Positions 20,381 through 30,196 of a stretch of DNA of 64,000 bases are shown piece by piece. The notes under the pieces were generated by a model, which was not told the DNA's origin, did not search any database, and saw only the letters and a list, made by a program, of their open reading frames with translations. A program made the translations under genes and the position numbers. Numbering within the stretch: position 1 is the first letter of the stretch; each line of letters starts with the position of its first letter. Origin of the DNA: Anaerolineales bacterium (GTDB lineage: Bacteria > Chloroflexota > Anaerolineae > Anaerolineales > Villigracilaceae); assembly GCA_016927315.1 (NCBI GenBank), contig JAFGMV010000064.1, forward strand, positions 9,373 to 73,372. The letters are read 5' to 3'.

Positions 20381-20421
20381 AGGATTCAGAGTTGCTGCTG
20401 CCAACTGAATCCTGTTTTTTT
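20381..20421 (+). terminator. Strong rho-independent terminator after the permease genes
   Basis: AGGATTCAGAGTTG...CAACTGAATCCT stem (one bulge) followed by GTTTTTTTG. Confidence 0.7.
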
Positions 20422-20444
20422 GTTCCCTTTAAGGAGGGATCATC

Positions 20445-22400
20445 ATGTTTTTAAAATCAAAAATGCCAAGCGCCCTTTTTCTCTTATTGTTCATCATCAT
20501 CATCACGATCGTCTCTGCTTGCGGAGCGAATACTCCAGAAGTAACGCCGCCGGTGCTGCTGGCCGCCTCCCCGACACCGTCACCGACGCCAATTCCGGAG
20601 CAGCGGGTACTGAAAGTGTGCCTGGGTGATGAACCGAATACACTGTACCGGTATGCAAATCCGAACAAAGCTGCCTGGAGTGTGCTCTCAGCCATATACG
20701 ATGGCCCGATGGATCAGATTGATTATGAATATCAACCGGTAATTTTTGAAGATATTCCCAGTCTGGAAAACGGACAGGCTCAGATCACCACGACAAAGGT
20801 ACAAACAGGTGATGAGATTATTGATGCTGCCGGACAACCTGTAACCCTGGAAGAAGGTGTAATGGTCAAACCAACGGGCTGTCGGATGGACGACTGTGCT
20901 GTAACATACGATGGCCTCATGGAACTATCGATGGACCAGATGGTGGTTAATTTCAGAATCATCCCAAACCTGGTCTGGTCAGACGGCACCCCGCTGACAG
21001 CCACAGATTCAGTTTATGCGTATCAACTGGCAAATGATCCGGAAACGCCAGGTTCGCGCTACTTGCTTGACCGTACTCGAGCTTATGAAGCTGCTGACAA
21101 TACAACCATACAGTGGTGGGGGAAACCGGGATTTATCGATCCAACGTATTTTACAAATTATTGGCTGCCTTTACCGGAGCATCTGTGGAATACTTACTCA
21201 GCTCAGGAGTTGCCCGGTCTTGAGCAGGCTTCCAGAATGCCGGTTGGTTGGGGTCCCTATGTGATCGAAGAGTGGCTGCCGGGTGAACAAATTGAGTTGA
21301 CCAAGAACCTGAATTATTTCCGTATCGATGAAGGACTCCCTAAATTTGATACGCTCATCTTCCGTTTCATGCCTGATCCGAACCAGGCAATATCAGCTCT
21401 ATTGGATGGGGCTTGTGATATACTCGACCCCAGTATTCCTCTGGATGGTCAAACGCCTTTGCTGCTTGAGCTGCAGAACGCAGGTCAAGCCAAGTTAATT
21501 TTTGGACAAAATATGGCCATGGAACGGCTTGACTTTGGTATCCTGCCATCCGCTTATGATGATCCGTATGCGTTTGCGACTATCAATGCCCGACCGGATA
21601 TTCTTTCAGACGTACGTACCCGCCAGGCGGTGGCGCTATGCCTTGATCGTCAGAAGGTTGTCGATACAGTCTTGTATGGTCTCTCGGTAGTACCCGATAC
21701 ATACATTTCACCGGGGCATCCCCTGTTCTATCCCGAGGTGGATACGTATGCGTTTAATGTGGGTGCTGGCATTCAACTGCTTGAGGAAATCGGCTGGCGA
21801 GACCTGGATAATGATCCTGCGACCCCTCGGCAGGCTCAAAATATTGAAGGGATTCCACAGGCCACCCCTCTGGTTTTGGGCTATGTAACATCCTCAGCTG
21901 CCCAGAGACGCCAGGTCAGTGATATTCTTTCCCAGTCTTTAGGCCAGTGCGGTATTGGAGTGGATATCAGCTACCTTTCTCAGGTTGAGCTCTATGCGGA
22001 TGGACCAGAGGGTCCTCTTTTTGGCCGTAATTTTTTCCTGGCGGAATATGCAATGGGGTCCACCGGGCCAGAACCCCCGTGTGCTTGGTTCATGAATTCA
22101 TCTATTCCTGCAGAAGAAAATGATTGGGTGGGCACTAATCTGAGCGGGTACGTGAACGAAGAGTACGATGATGCCTGTCGGCTTGCAATGCAGTCCTTGC
22201 CCGGTGACATGGAGTATGAACAGGGGTACCGGAGCACACAGGTTTTGTTTTCTTCTGAACTGCCTTCGATACCGTTATATATGCGCCTGGATGTAGCCGC
22301 CAGCCGTGTAGATATGTGTAATTTTGTTCTCAGTACGACCGCCTCGAGCAATATGTGGGGACTGGAAACATTTGATTATGGTGATGGTTGCGATTCTTAG
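20445..22400 (+). CDS. Large family-5 substrate-binding lipoprotein (second SBP paralog)
   Basis: 651 aa. Lipobox VSAC with a Pro/Thr-rich tether. The SBP-5 block IIPNLVWSDGTPLTATDSVYAY is present. Confidence 0.8.
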   Translation: MFLKSKMPSALFLLLFIIIITIVSACGANTPEVTPPVLLAASPTPSPTPIPEQRVLKVCLGDEPNTLYRYANPNKAAWSVLSAIYDGPMDQIDYEYQPVIFEDIPSLENGQAQITTTKVQTGDEIIDAAGQPVTLEEGVMVKPTGCRMDDCAVTYDGLMELSMDQMVVNFRIIPNLVWSDGTPLTATDSVYAYQLANDPETPGSRYLLDRTRAYEAADNTTIQWWGKPGFIDPTYFTNYWLPLPEHLWNTYSAQELPGLEQASRMPVGWGPYVIEEWLPGEQIELTKNLNYFRIDEGLPKFDTLIFRFMPDPNQAISALLDGACDILDPSIPLDGQTPLLLELQNAGQAKLIFGQNMAMERLDFGILPSAYDDPYAFATINARPDILSDVRTRQAVALCLDRQKVVDTVLYGLSVVPDTYISPGHPLFYPEVDTYAFNVGAGIQLLEEIGWRDLDNDPATPRQAQNIEGIPQATPLVLGYVTSSAAQRRQVSDILSQSLGQCGIGVDISYLSQVELYADGPEGPLFGRNFFLAEYAMGSTGPEPPCAWFMNSSIPAEENDWVGTNLSGYVNEEYDDACRLAMQSLPGDMEYEQGYRSTQVLFSSELPSIPLYMRLDVAASRVDMCNFVLSTTASSNMWGLETFDYGDGCDS

Positions 22401-22402
22401 TT

Positions 22403-24493
22403 ATGAAATTTTCTCCGTCAAAAAACATTTATATCCCGGTGCTGCTGGTTGTCTCTTTGCTGGCAGGGTGTGCTTCTCCATTAGATATCCCTACAACAGT
22501 CACACCAGAAGCGGTTGTTGAAACAACATCCTCCATAGGGATTGAGCGTGCACCAGAAATTCGTTTTGGCATCCTGGAGGATATTTCCGCAACCAATGTT
22601 TGGGCAATCTATGGTCGTTCTGGATCTGGATATTGGAATCAAGCAGTTCAGGGAGCGTATTGGCCGCATTTGTACCAACTCAACTCTTCACCACTGGGAT
22701 ATGTTCCACAGGTTGCAGATGGTTTTCCGGGTGAGTTTGTTCAGGAAGGTAGTTATGTGACTGCTACGATACTCTTGCGGGATGGGCTCACCTGGACGGA
22801 TGGCGAAGAATTGACTGCTTCAGATGTTGCTTTTACGGGCAATACAGCCCTGGCTTACCAACTGAAAAACGATTGGCAAATTTACTATAACCCACTTGTG
22901 CTGGATCATATCGAAGCAGCCGGCAGGTATCAGGTGAAATATTATTTCACCCAGGCGCCAGCGGTCTCGGATTGGTATTATGGAATATTGCTGGCCCCGA
23001 TTGTTCAGGAAGGTTATTGGAAACCCTTTGTGGATGATATCACCCGGTTGATTCCGGATGAAACGTTGCGCGCAGAAATTGCAGCTTATGAAGCCCGGGT
23101 GGCTGGGCTTCAGGCAATTGTTGACCAGGAACAACTGGCAATTGCCTATGGATACGAAGAGGGACCCACGAATGCTAACCTGACCAAGAATGAAGAAGAA
23201 TTGATTTACATACTAAATGAACTTCGGGAACTGCAGGATACCTATGAACTACGCCTGGATACAGCCCGCCAGGTATTATTCTCCATTGACAACCAGGAAG
23301 AGCCAAGTCTAGGTCCCTGGAAATTCCAGCAAAGGGAAACGGGTTTGTCGATTGTGAACGGATTTAACCAGGAGTATTTTGGAAGTAACACAGTGGCTGC
23401 TTCCTATGCCAATGGAGCCTATATCCTGAGTAACAGCGAGAACACAGAAACACTTGCGGCGTATGGTCAGGTTGATGGAGAAGCGACCTTGGTTTATCAT
23501 GTCGGTCCTTTTTTTGAGCGGTCTGTTTATCTGGTTTACAGTAGTGAAGATGCTGCTCTGGATGCGCTGCGACGCGGTGAAGTTGAGGCTGTTTTAAGTC
23601 AGCAGGGTCTTTCTAAGGAAGCAGTTGTTCAATTCCAGGCAGATCCGGGTATCAATGTGGCTGGTAATGAACGAAGAAGTTTACGATACCTGGCCTTCAA
23701 TTTGTCTCGAACGTACTTCTCACGCGCTGCCTTTCGGCAGGCAGTGGCCTGTACCCTGGACTTGAGCGACCTGGCCCAGAATGAGTTGGCCGGGGATATC
23801 TCGATTGCCAGCGGTTATGTTTCGCCCCATGATATTTTTTGGTCAAATCCTGGGGGTATCTTGCCCTGTGTGGGGGACACTGAGCAGGAACGTTTTGAAC
23901 AGGCAGCCGCCCTGCTCGGGGAAGCAGGTTTTGACTGGCAGCAGAAGCCGGCCTGGAACCAATCTGAAAATACTCCGATTCCCGGGCAGGGATTGGTTTT
24001 GCCGGAAGGAGTATATTTTCCACAAATCACCTTGCTTGCTCCCACTGTCGATCACGACCCGGTTCGGGCAATGGCGGCACAAGAAATTGTGCATTCGCTG
24101 CAGAATCTGGGTATCCCTGTCAAACTGGAGTTGAAAGCTTATCAGGATGTGATTGTGGATGTCTATGGAACAAAGAATTATGATCTGGTTTTATTGGGCG
24201 GCCGGTTGGGATATTTCCCTGATTATTTATGTGCTTTTTCCAGAGCCCAAGATATTTTGGTAGAAGATGCCTGCGGTGGGTTCCTTTCTACGAGCAGTCT
24301 GGATGACGCCCGGCAGCAAGCCTTTCACCTTCAGGAACTACTTGTGAGTGAAGTTCCATTTATCCCACTTTATTATCCGGTTACCTACGATGTCTTTCGC
24401 GATATCCAATATCCTTTTGTAGAAGTCCAGGATGGACTGACTTCAGGATTGCATGGAGCAGCGGATATCGCTCAACCGGTCATCAGCCCATAG
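22403..24493 (+). CDS. Large family-5 substrate-binding lipoprotein (third SBP paralog) with a helical insertion
   Basis: About 696 aa from ATG 22403 (the track uses TTG at 22388, which overlaps the previous stop). Lipobox LAGC. The SBP-5 block LLRDGLTWTDGEELTASDV is present. A heptad-like insertion spans about 23057-23281. Confidence 0.8.
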   Translation: MKFSPSKNIYIPVLLVVSLLAGCASPLDIPTTVTPEAVVETTSSIGIERAPEIRFGILEDISATNVWAIYGRSGSGYWNQAVQGAYWPHLYQLNSSPLGYVPQVADGFPGEFVQEGSYVTATILLRDGLTWTDGEELTASDVAFTGNTALAYQLKNDWQIYYNPLVLDHIEAAGRYQVKYYFTQAPAVSDWYYGILLAPIVQEGYWKPFVDDITRLIPDETLRAEIAAYEARVAGLQAIVDQEQLAIAYGYEEGPTNANLTKNEEELIYILNELRELQDTYELRLDTARQVLFSIDNQEEPSLGPWKFQQRETGLSIVNGFNQEYFGSNTVAASYANGAYILSNSENTETLAAYGQVDGEATLVYHVGPFFERSVYLVYSSEDAALDALRRGEVEAVLSQQGLSKEAVVQFQADPGINVAGNERRSLRYLAFNLSRTYFSRAAFRQAVACTLDLSDLAQNELAGDISIASGYVSPHDIFWSNPGGILPCVGDTEQERFEQAAALLGEAGFDWQQKPAWNQSENTPIPGQGLVLPEGVYFPQITLLAPTVDHDPVRAMAAQEIVHSLQNLGIPVKLELKAYQDVIVDVYGTKNYDLVLLGGRLGYFPDYLCAFSRAQDILVEDACGGFLSTSSLDDARQQAFHLQELLVSEVPFIPLYYPVTYDVFRDIQYPFVEVQDGLTSGLHGAADIAQPVISP

Positions 24494-24536
24494 CTGTCTA
24501 CATTTTCGTTAGTGTATCCATTGAGTGACCGTTTTT

Positions 24537-24545
24537 TGCTATAAT
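24537..24545 (+). promoter_or_regulatory. Candidate extended -10 promoter for the response-regulator gene
   Basis: TGCTATAAT is a perfect TGnTATAAT match. The palindrome AGCCCA-gta-TGGGCT follows at 24552-24566. Confidence 0.4.
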
Positions 24546-24559
24546 GCAATCAGCCCAGT

Positions 24560-25651
24560 ATGGGCTATAGTCTGGTTGATGGAAGTTATCCTATGAGCAT
24601 TCCTCGTATATTGATTGTAGATGATCAGCGAGATATTATTCGCCTGATCCATGCAACCCTGGATAGTTTAGGGCATGATCTGGAGATCGTTGAGGCGCCA
24701 TCAGGGGAAGAGGCCTTACTGGAAGCCACACAAAACAAGAAACTGGATATGCTGGTTTCGGACTATAAGTTGCCAGGGATTACTGGTGTTGAATTAATGG
24801 CCAAAGTACGTAAACGCCATCCAGATGTTAAAACGATCCTGATCACTGCAATGACGGACAAGAAAACTCGCGAGGATATGCGTTCTGCCGGGGCAACCGC
24901 ACTGTTTGAGAAGCCAATCCCCCTGGCAGATTTTTTGGATGTGGTCGAACGTGAACTTGGCCTGGATCGTACCATACTTATTGAAGAAAATGATGTGGTT
25001 GAAGACGATAAGTCTTTATCGACGCTTTTGACCACACTTCGTAAACAAATTGACGCACATGCAGTCCTGCTGATTTCCGAGAGGGGACGGGTATTGGTTC
25101 GGGCCGGGGAATTAAAAGACAGCAGTATGGAAGTTTCACTGCTTTCGACCCTGGTGAACATATTAAGTGTTTCTCAGAAAGTTTCCCGAGTCATCCACCA
25201 GGAAAAATTTCACAACCTGCATATTTTCAAGGATGGGGATCAGGATATTGTGCTGGCGCCTGTTGATTATTCGCACGCATTGTTGATCGCAGGGGATGAT
25301 ATTGCCAGGTACGAGAATTTGACCGAGAGGCTGCTGCCGCTTGAAGAGTACCGCGAGAATATCAAGAAGGAGTTAAAGAGCCTGGGAGTAACCTCCCGCG
25401 AACCGGATGCCGATGGTGAAGAATCATCCCAACCTGAGAATATATCAGCCGGCTCAAATGTGAAGACAGAACAACTGGAGAAGATGCTTGACCAACCGGC
25501 TTCAAAGAAGAAAGCTAAAAGCAATAAAGAAGCCGATGCGTTTTGGGAAGAGGCGGTTGAGAAGACCGGTAATATTATTCTGGACCCCGATAAACTGTCC
25601 TATGAACAGGCCACCCAGTTAGGTTTGACTCCGGATGCGAAGAAGAAATAA
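24560..25651 (+). CDS. Response regulator: receiver domain fused to a Roadblock/LC7-like domain and a charged C-terminal tail
   Basis: REC features are RILIVDD, DMLVSDYKLPGITG and ILITAM. The middle region AVLLISERGRVLVRAGELKDSSMEVSLLSTLVNILSVSQKV...IVLAPVDYSHALLIAGD follows the Roadblock/LC7 pattern. The start may be the ATG at 24593 (MSIPRILIVDD). Confidence 0.85.
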   Translation: MGYSLVDGSYPMSIPRILIVDDQRDIIRLIHATLDSLGHDLEIVEAPSGEEALLEATQNKKLDMLVSDYKLPGITGVELMAKVRKRHPDVKTILITAMTDKKTREDMRSAGATALFEKPIPLADFLDVVERELGLDRTILIEENDVVEDDKSLSTLLTTLRKQIDAHAVLLISERGRVLVRAGELKDSSMEVSLLSTLVNILSVSQKVSRVIHQEKFHNLHIFKDGDQDIVLAPVDYSHALLIAGDDIARYENLTERLLPLEEYRENIKKELKSLGVTSREPDADGEESSQPENISAGSNVKTEQLEKMLDQPASKKKAKSNKEADAFWEEAVEKTGNIILDPDKLSYEQATQLGLTPDAKKK

Positions 25652-25773
25652 ACAACAGCCTGAAAGTGGAAGTTTGCTCATCAGGCGCCGGTTGTTTGGT
25701 AATAATCCCTGTTTGGGTGGGATTGCCGTGGCGTGCAGCTTGTGATACAATTTTGCCCGCCTTGTGGGCACAT

Positions 25774-25844
25774 TGGGGCGTGGTGTAACGGTAACACACC
25801 GGCCTTTGGAGCCGTGGTTCTTGGTTCGAATCCAGGCGCCCCAG
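25774..25844 (+). tRNA. tRNA-Gln (anticodon UUG)
   Basis: Hand-folded cloverleaf. Acceptor TGGGGCG/CGCCCCA (U1-A72), discriminator G. D-stem GTGT/ACAC with loop AACGGTA. Anticodon stem CCGGC/GCCG(T) with loop C-T-TTG-G-A. T-arm CTTGG-TTCGAAT-CCAGG. No encoded CCA. It closely resembles E. coli tRNA-Gln. Confidence 0.85.
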
Positions 25845-25859
25845 CAAAATTTATTATTT

Positions 25860-25888
25860 GACCCGCATACAGGCGGGGTCTTCTTTCT
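25860..25888 (+). terminator. Hairpin plus T-rich tail after the tRNA
   Basis: GACCCGC-atacag-GCGG(G)GTC followed by TTCTTTCT. Confidence 0.5.
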
Positions 25889-25951
25889 AATAACAGGCTT
25901 TGTGTCACCCCGCTGGTTGCACAGGTCTGTTTTGCTATTTTAGGAGAATGT

Positions 25952-27310
25952 ATGAGCGTTACTGCTGTGCTTCTGGCCGCTGGACAGGGAACACGTATGA
26001 AGTCTGATTTTCCCAAAGTGCTCCATCCAATCTGCGGCCAACCAATGTTAGGTTATGCGCTGGATGCAGTAGAAGAAGTTTCAACGGAGAAACCGGTCGT
26101 TGTGATTGGGAATGGCGCAGAACAGGTCAGTGAATTGATCGCCGAGCAGGTACGCTTTGTGATCCAGGAGCCACGCCTGGGGACCGGCCATGCTGTTTTG
26201 CAGGTTGAATCTTTGCTAAAAGGCCAGACGGATCACGTCGTGGTAACCTATGCAGATATGCCCCTGCTGCGTTCCGAAACGATCCGAGAACTGGTAGAAA
26301 CACAAACAGAGAACACCGGCCCAATCACGCTTCTTACGGTGGTTGCTGATGATCCTCGCGGGTTTGGGCGTATTGTCCGACAGAGTGATGGGACTGTGAA
26401 AGAAATTATCGAGGAAGCCCAGGCGTCGCCGGATGAATTGCAGATAAAGGAATTGAATGCCGGCGCCTATTGTTTTTCATCTTCCTGGCTTTGGGAAGCC
26501 TTACACCGAATTAAAGTGTCTCCCAAAGGCGAATATTACCTTACCGATCTGATTGGGCTGGCGGTAGCGGATGGGCTGGCTGTTCAGGCGGTTGTTGGAA
26601 GCGACCCGACAGAATTGATTGGGGTCAATACTCGGATACACCTGTCTGAAGCCGAAGCGGTAATGCGGGAGCGAATCAACCGTTTCCATATGCTAAATGG
26701 GGCGACCATTATTGATCCGCAATCGACCTATATTGATAAAGGTATCAGAATCGGTCAGGATACTGTTATCTTACCGAACACGTATCTAAGAGGGAGAACC
26801 GAAATTGGCAGCCGGTGTGAGATTGGCCCGAATTCACTGATTTGTGATACAAAGATTGGAAATAATTGCAGGCTCTTGATGGCCGTGACTGATAATGCGG
26901 TAGTAGAAGATCATGTGGATATTGGTCCGTTTGCACGTCTGCGTAAGGGCGCCTACCTTTGCAAGGGAGTTCACATGGGGAATTTTGGAGAGGTCAAAGA
27001 TTCGACCCTGAGGGCCGGGGTCAAGATGGGGCACTTCTCGTATATCGGGAATGCTGATATCGGCGCTGAAACCAATATCGGTGCCGGTACAATCACTTGT
27101 AATTATGATGGAACGAAGAAGCATCCGACTGAAATCGGTGAAAATGTATTTATCGGCAGTGATACCATGCTGGTGGCGCCATTGAAGATTGGAAAGCATT
27201 CCAGAACAGGTGCGGGGTCTGTGGTGACCAAAGATGTTCCGGAAGATACACTGGTGGCAGGCGTCCCTGCGCGTCCAATTCGAAAGTTGAAAGAGAAGGA
27301 TGGAAACTGA
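25952..27310 (+). CDS. glmU: Bifunctional UDP-N-acetylglucosamine pyrophosphorylase / glucosamine-1-phosphate N-acetyltransferase
   Basis: The motif AVLLAAGQGTRMKSDFPKVLHPICGQPML is present, with a C-terminal hexapeptide-repeat domain. 452 aa. Confidence 0.93.
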   Translation: MSVTAVLLAAGQGTRMKSDFPKVLHPICGQPMLGYALDAVEEVSTEKPVVVIGNGAEQVSELIAEQVRFVIQEPRLGTGHAVLQVESLLKGQTDHVVVTYADMPLLRSETIRELVETQTENTGPITLLTVVADDPRGFGRIVRQSDGTVKEIIEEAQASPDELQIKELNAGAYCFSSSWLWEALHRIKVSPKGEYYLTDLIGLAVADGLAVQAVVGSDPTELIGVNTRIHLSEAEAVMRERINRFHMLNGATIIDPQSTYIDKGIRIGQDTVILPNTYLRGRTEIGSRCEIGPNSLICDTKIGNNCRLLMAVTDNAVVEDHVDIGPFARLRKGAYLCKGVHMGNFGEVKDSTLRAGVKMGHFSYIGNADIGAETNIGAGTITCNYDGTKKHPTEIGENVFIGSDTMLVAPLKIGKHSRTGAGSVVTKDVPEDTLVAGVPARPIRKLKEKDGN

Positions 27311-28577
27311 AATAGGGCTGGCGGGTTTTCTCGCCGTGTACATTCTGGATCTGCTAATAGCAGCCACACGGGTGAGTCTGTCTAATGTACGGCCGCTGCG
27401 CCTGTTAGGAGATCGGGGGGAACATTCAACAGATGTTGAAAAAACCCTGGCATTGGTTGAAAACCAGCGCCTCAAAGCTACTTTGCGGTTGAGCCAAACC
27501 CTGGTCCGTTTTTCACTTGCCGGCCTGACTTTATTTTTGTTTGGTTCTTGGTTCACCGGATCTGCTGCCTTGTTGGTCATCCAGGTCATAGTTTTATTGA
27601 TCATTGCTGTTTTGCTGATGGTCAGTGAGCTTGGTATAGAAGCCCATGTTCGAAAAAATGCAGAGAGATGGGCATTGCGTCTGTATGGCGTTGGGCGTCT
27701 TTTGGTGATTCTCTTTAAGCCCCTAGTTTATCTGCCGCTGCGGATTCTGGGGCCGGAGCGCGTGCCAACCAACTCGACACAGGTAACTGAGGATGAATTG
27801 AAATCCTGGGTCGAGTCATCAGATGAAGACTCGGGCAGCTTGGAACGGGAAGAACGCCAGATGATCTATTCAATCTTCCAGTTTGGAGAAACGCTGGTAC
27901 GAGAGATCATGGTGCCGCGTGTCGATATCCTGGCGCTTGATGTGAATACTTCCCTCACGAATGTAATCGAGATGTTGAACAAATCTGGTCATTCACGTGT
28001 GCCTGTTTTTGATAACGCGGTAGATAATGTTCTGGGACTGCTGTATGCCAAGGATCTGCTGCGACTGATGGATGAAGAACCCAAGGATTTTTCACTGCGT
28101 GATTACCTTCGTCCGGCTTATTTCATTCCTGAAACAAAAAAGGCAGATGACCTGCTGACGGAAATGCAGTCACAGCGTACCCATCTGGGGATTGTGGTGG
28201 ATGAATACGGCGGCGTCGCTGGCCTGGTTACCATGGAAGACATTGTCGAAGAAATTGTTGGTGAGATACAAGATGAATACGATCCCGCGGAAGAGCTTTT
28301 GTACCAGTCCACCGGGCCGGATGAGTACCTGTTTCAGGGGCGTATTGACCTGGATGATTTCAACCAGGTTATGGGAAGCTATCTGCCCAAGGTGGAAGCT
28401 GATACACTGGCCGGTTTCCTTTATGATCAATTGGGACGTGTGCCGCAGGGCGGTGAGTCGATCCAATTCGATGATCTGCTGCTGACCATTGAACAGGTAA
28501 GCGGTCGCCGCATTCGCCGAGTTCGTGCACATCGAGTTGCCCGGGAAGGAGATCAGGGAAGTGTCGAAGTTGAATGA
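27300..28577 (+). CDS. Hemolysin-family / CorC-type protein (CNNM TM domain, CBS pair and CorC_HlyC domain)
   Basis: 425 aa. It has an N-terminal TM region, then REIMVPRVDI, a CBS-like pair, and a C-terminal TLAGFLYDQLGRVPQGGESI. Confidence 0.88.
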   Translation: METEIGLAGFLAVYILDLLIAATRVSLSNVRPLRLLGDRGEHSTDVEKTLALVENQRLKATLRLSQTLVRFSLAGLTLFLFGSWFTGSAALLVIQVIVLLIIAVLLMVSELGIEAHVRKNAERWALRLYGVGRLLVILFKPLVYLPLRILGPERVPTNSTQVTEDELKSWVESSDEDSGSLEREERQMIYSIFQFGETLVREIMVPRVDILALDVNTSLTNVIEMLNKSGHSRVPVFDNAVDNVLGLLYAKDLLRLMDEEPKDFSLRDYLRPAYFIPETKKADDLLTEMQSQRTHLGIVVDEYGGVAGLVTMEDIVEEIVGEIQDEYDPAEELLYQSTGPDEYLFQGRIDLDDFNQVMGSYLPKVEADTLAGFLYDQLGRVPQGGESIQFDDLLLTIEQVSGRRIRRVRAHRVAREGDQGSVEVE

Positions 28578-28974
28578 TCAGGAAAAACAGGCTTTGGTTG
28601 ATCTGGCCAACGAGGCGCGCAAACGAGCTTATGCACCGTATTCAAGATATCAGGTTGGAGCGGCCCTGAGAACAAAGTCGGGCCGCATTTACACCGGGGT
28701 TAATATTGAGAATGCCGCCTATCCCACTACAATCTGTGCTGAGCGGGTAGCGATTTTTAAGGCAGTGTCAGAAGGGGATAAAGATTTCGATGTAATCGCG
28801 GTGGTGACAGAAAATGGCGGTACCCCCTGCGGCAGCTGCCGCCAGGTGATGGCCGAATTTGGTCTGGACACAGCTGTCCTGGTTGCCGATAGTAAGGGGC
28901 AAGTAACGATGGAATCCACTGTCGGCGGTCTGTTGCCCGGAGCTTTTACTCCCGAAGATTTGCAGCGGGTTTGA
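28525..28974 (+). CDS. cdd: Cytidine deaminase (start probably internal)
   Basis: Zinc motifs CAERVAIFKAV and PCGSCRQVMAEF are present. A start at GTG 28561 or TTG 28570 gives the usual ~134 aa and a short overlap with the upstream stop (28575-28577). Confidence 0.9.
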   Translation: MHIELPGKEIREVSKLNDQEKQALVDLANEARKRAYAPYSRYQVGAALRTKSGRIYTGVNIENAAYPTTICAERVAIFKAVSEGDKDFDVIAVVTENGGTPCGSCRQVMAEFGLDTAVLVADSKGQVTMESTVGGLLPGAFTPEDLQRV

Positions 28975-28975
28975 T

Positions 28976-29422
28976 GTGGATGAGTTCGTCATTCGTCCTT
29001 TTCAGCCGGAAGATCAAGCGGCAGTAAAAAACCTGATCTTGAACGGGCTGGTAGAGCATTGGGGGTCTTTGGATATGACCAAAAATCCGGATTTGAATGA
29101 TATTGCCAACACATATGCAAATGCGATCTTTTTGGTTGCATGTTGCCGGGGAGTGATTATTGCAACCGGAGCATGTGTACCCTGTATGGAAAAACAAGCC
29201 GAAATTAAGCGTATGTCGGTTCACAAGGATTGGCGCAGAAACGGGTTGGGTACCCGTATTCTGCAGGAACTTCTGACGCGCGCCCGTAAAGCTGGATTTG
29301 AAAGAATCATATTGGAGACCACTGAAACCTGGACGGAAGTGGTTGCTTTCTACCAGGGAGCTGGCTTCCAGGTCACCCATTACCGAGATGGGGATGTATA
29401 CTTTGCCCTAGAGTTGAACTGA
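28976..29422 (+). CDS. GNAT family N-acetyltransferase
   Basis: The acetyl-CoA motif VHKDWRRNGLGTRILQELLTRARKAGF is present. GTG start. Confidence 0.85.
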   Translation: MDEFVIRPFQPEDQAAVKNLILNGLVEHWGSLDMTKNPDLNDIANTYANAIFLVACCRGVIIATGACVPCMEKQAEIKRMSVHKDWRRNGLGTRILQELLTRARKAGFERIILETTETWTEVVAFYQGAGFQVTHYRDGDVYFALELN

Positions 29423-30186
29423 TGCCCGAAAGACCTCGTTCTATCCGTGCTGAGGCTGTAGTGCTGCGCCACCGGGATTGGCAGGAAGCTGACCGCCTGT
29501 TGGTGCTGTATACGCGTGAGTTGGGCAAAGTTCGAGCGGTTGTCAAAGGCGCGCGTAAGGTGACTTCCCGTAAAGCCGGGCATCTGGAACCGTTTACCCG
29601 GGTTCGTTTGCAGTTGGCGCGCGGGCGCAGTGACCTGTTGATTGTCAGCCAGGCAGACACCGTTGATGCTTACCTGTCCTTGCGAGAAGACCTGGAGCAA
29701 ACCGGCTCCGCAGCCTATGTTGTTGAGCTGCTGGATCGGTTTACCTATGAAGAAGAGGGCAGCCATCCTTCAATCTTTCGTCTGCTGACGGATACTCTTG
29801 CTCGTCTTGACAAAGGACTGGAGCCCTGGCTGGTGTTGCGCTATTATGAAATGCGTCTGCTGGATCATCTCGGATTTCGCCCGCAGTTATTTGCCTGTGC
29901 CAATTGCGAAAAAGAAATCAAAGCGGTTGATCAATTCTTCGCCCCTGATACAGGCGGCGTGTTGTGCCCGAACTGCGGTACCGGACTTTCGAGATTAAGG
30001 AATGTGTCGGTTGAAGTTCTCAAATACCTGCGGCATTTCCAACGCAGTTCCTTTCGGGATGCTCAACAGGCCCAACCGGTTCCATCTGTGAAGAAGGAAG
30101 TCGAAGACTTGATGCAGTACTACCTGACTTACCTGTTGGAGCGCAGTTTGAATTCTCCAGAGTTCATCAAACGTATTCGAAAGTAG
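29422..30186 (+). CDS. recO: DNA repair protein RecO
   Basis: OB-fold N-terminus AVVLRHRDWQEADRLLVLYTRELGKVRAVVKGARK, plus the zinc finger CANCEKE...CPNC. The start overlaps the GNAT stop (TGATG). Confidence 0.9.
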   Translation: MPERPRSIRAEAVVLRHRDWQEADRLLVLYTRELGKVRAVVKGARKVTSRKAGHLEPFTRVRLQLARGRSDLLIVSQADTVDAYLSLREDLEQTGSAAYVVELLDRFTYEEEGSHPSIFRLLTDTLARLDKGLEPWLVLRYYEMRLLDHLGFRPQLFACANCEKEIKAVDQFFAPDTGGVLCPNCGTGLSRLRNVSVEVLKYLRHFQRSSFRDAQQAQPVPSVKKEVEDLMQYYLTYLLERSLNSPEFIKRIRK

Positions 30187-30196
30187 TGGTTGGATC

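Noticed and set aside
25575-26016. Minus-strand ORFs 25575..25847 and 25681..26016
   Set aside because: They overlap a well-folding tRNA-Gln and the start of glmU. No coding signal is evident.
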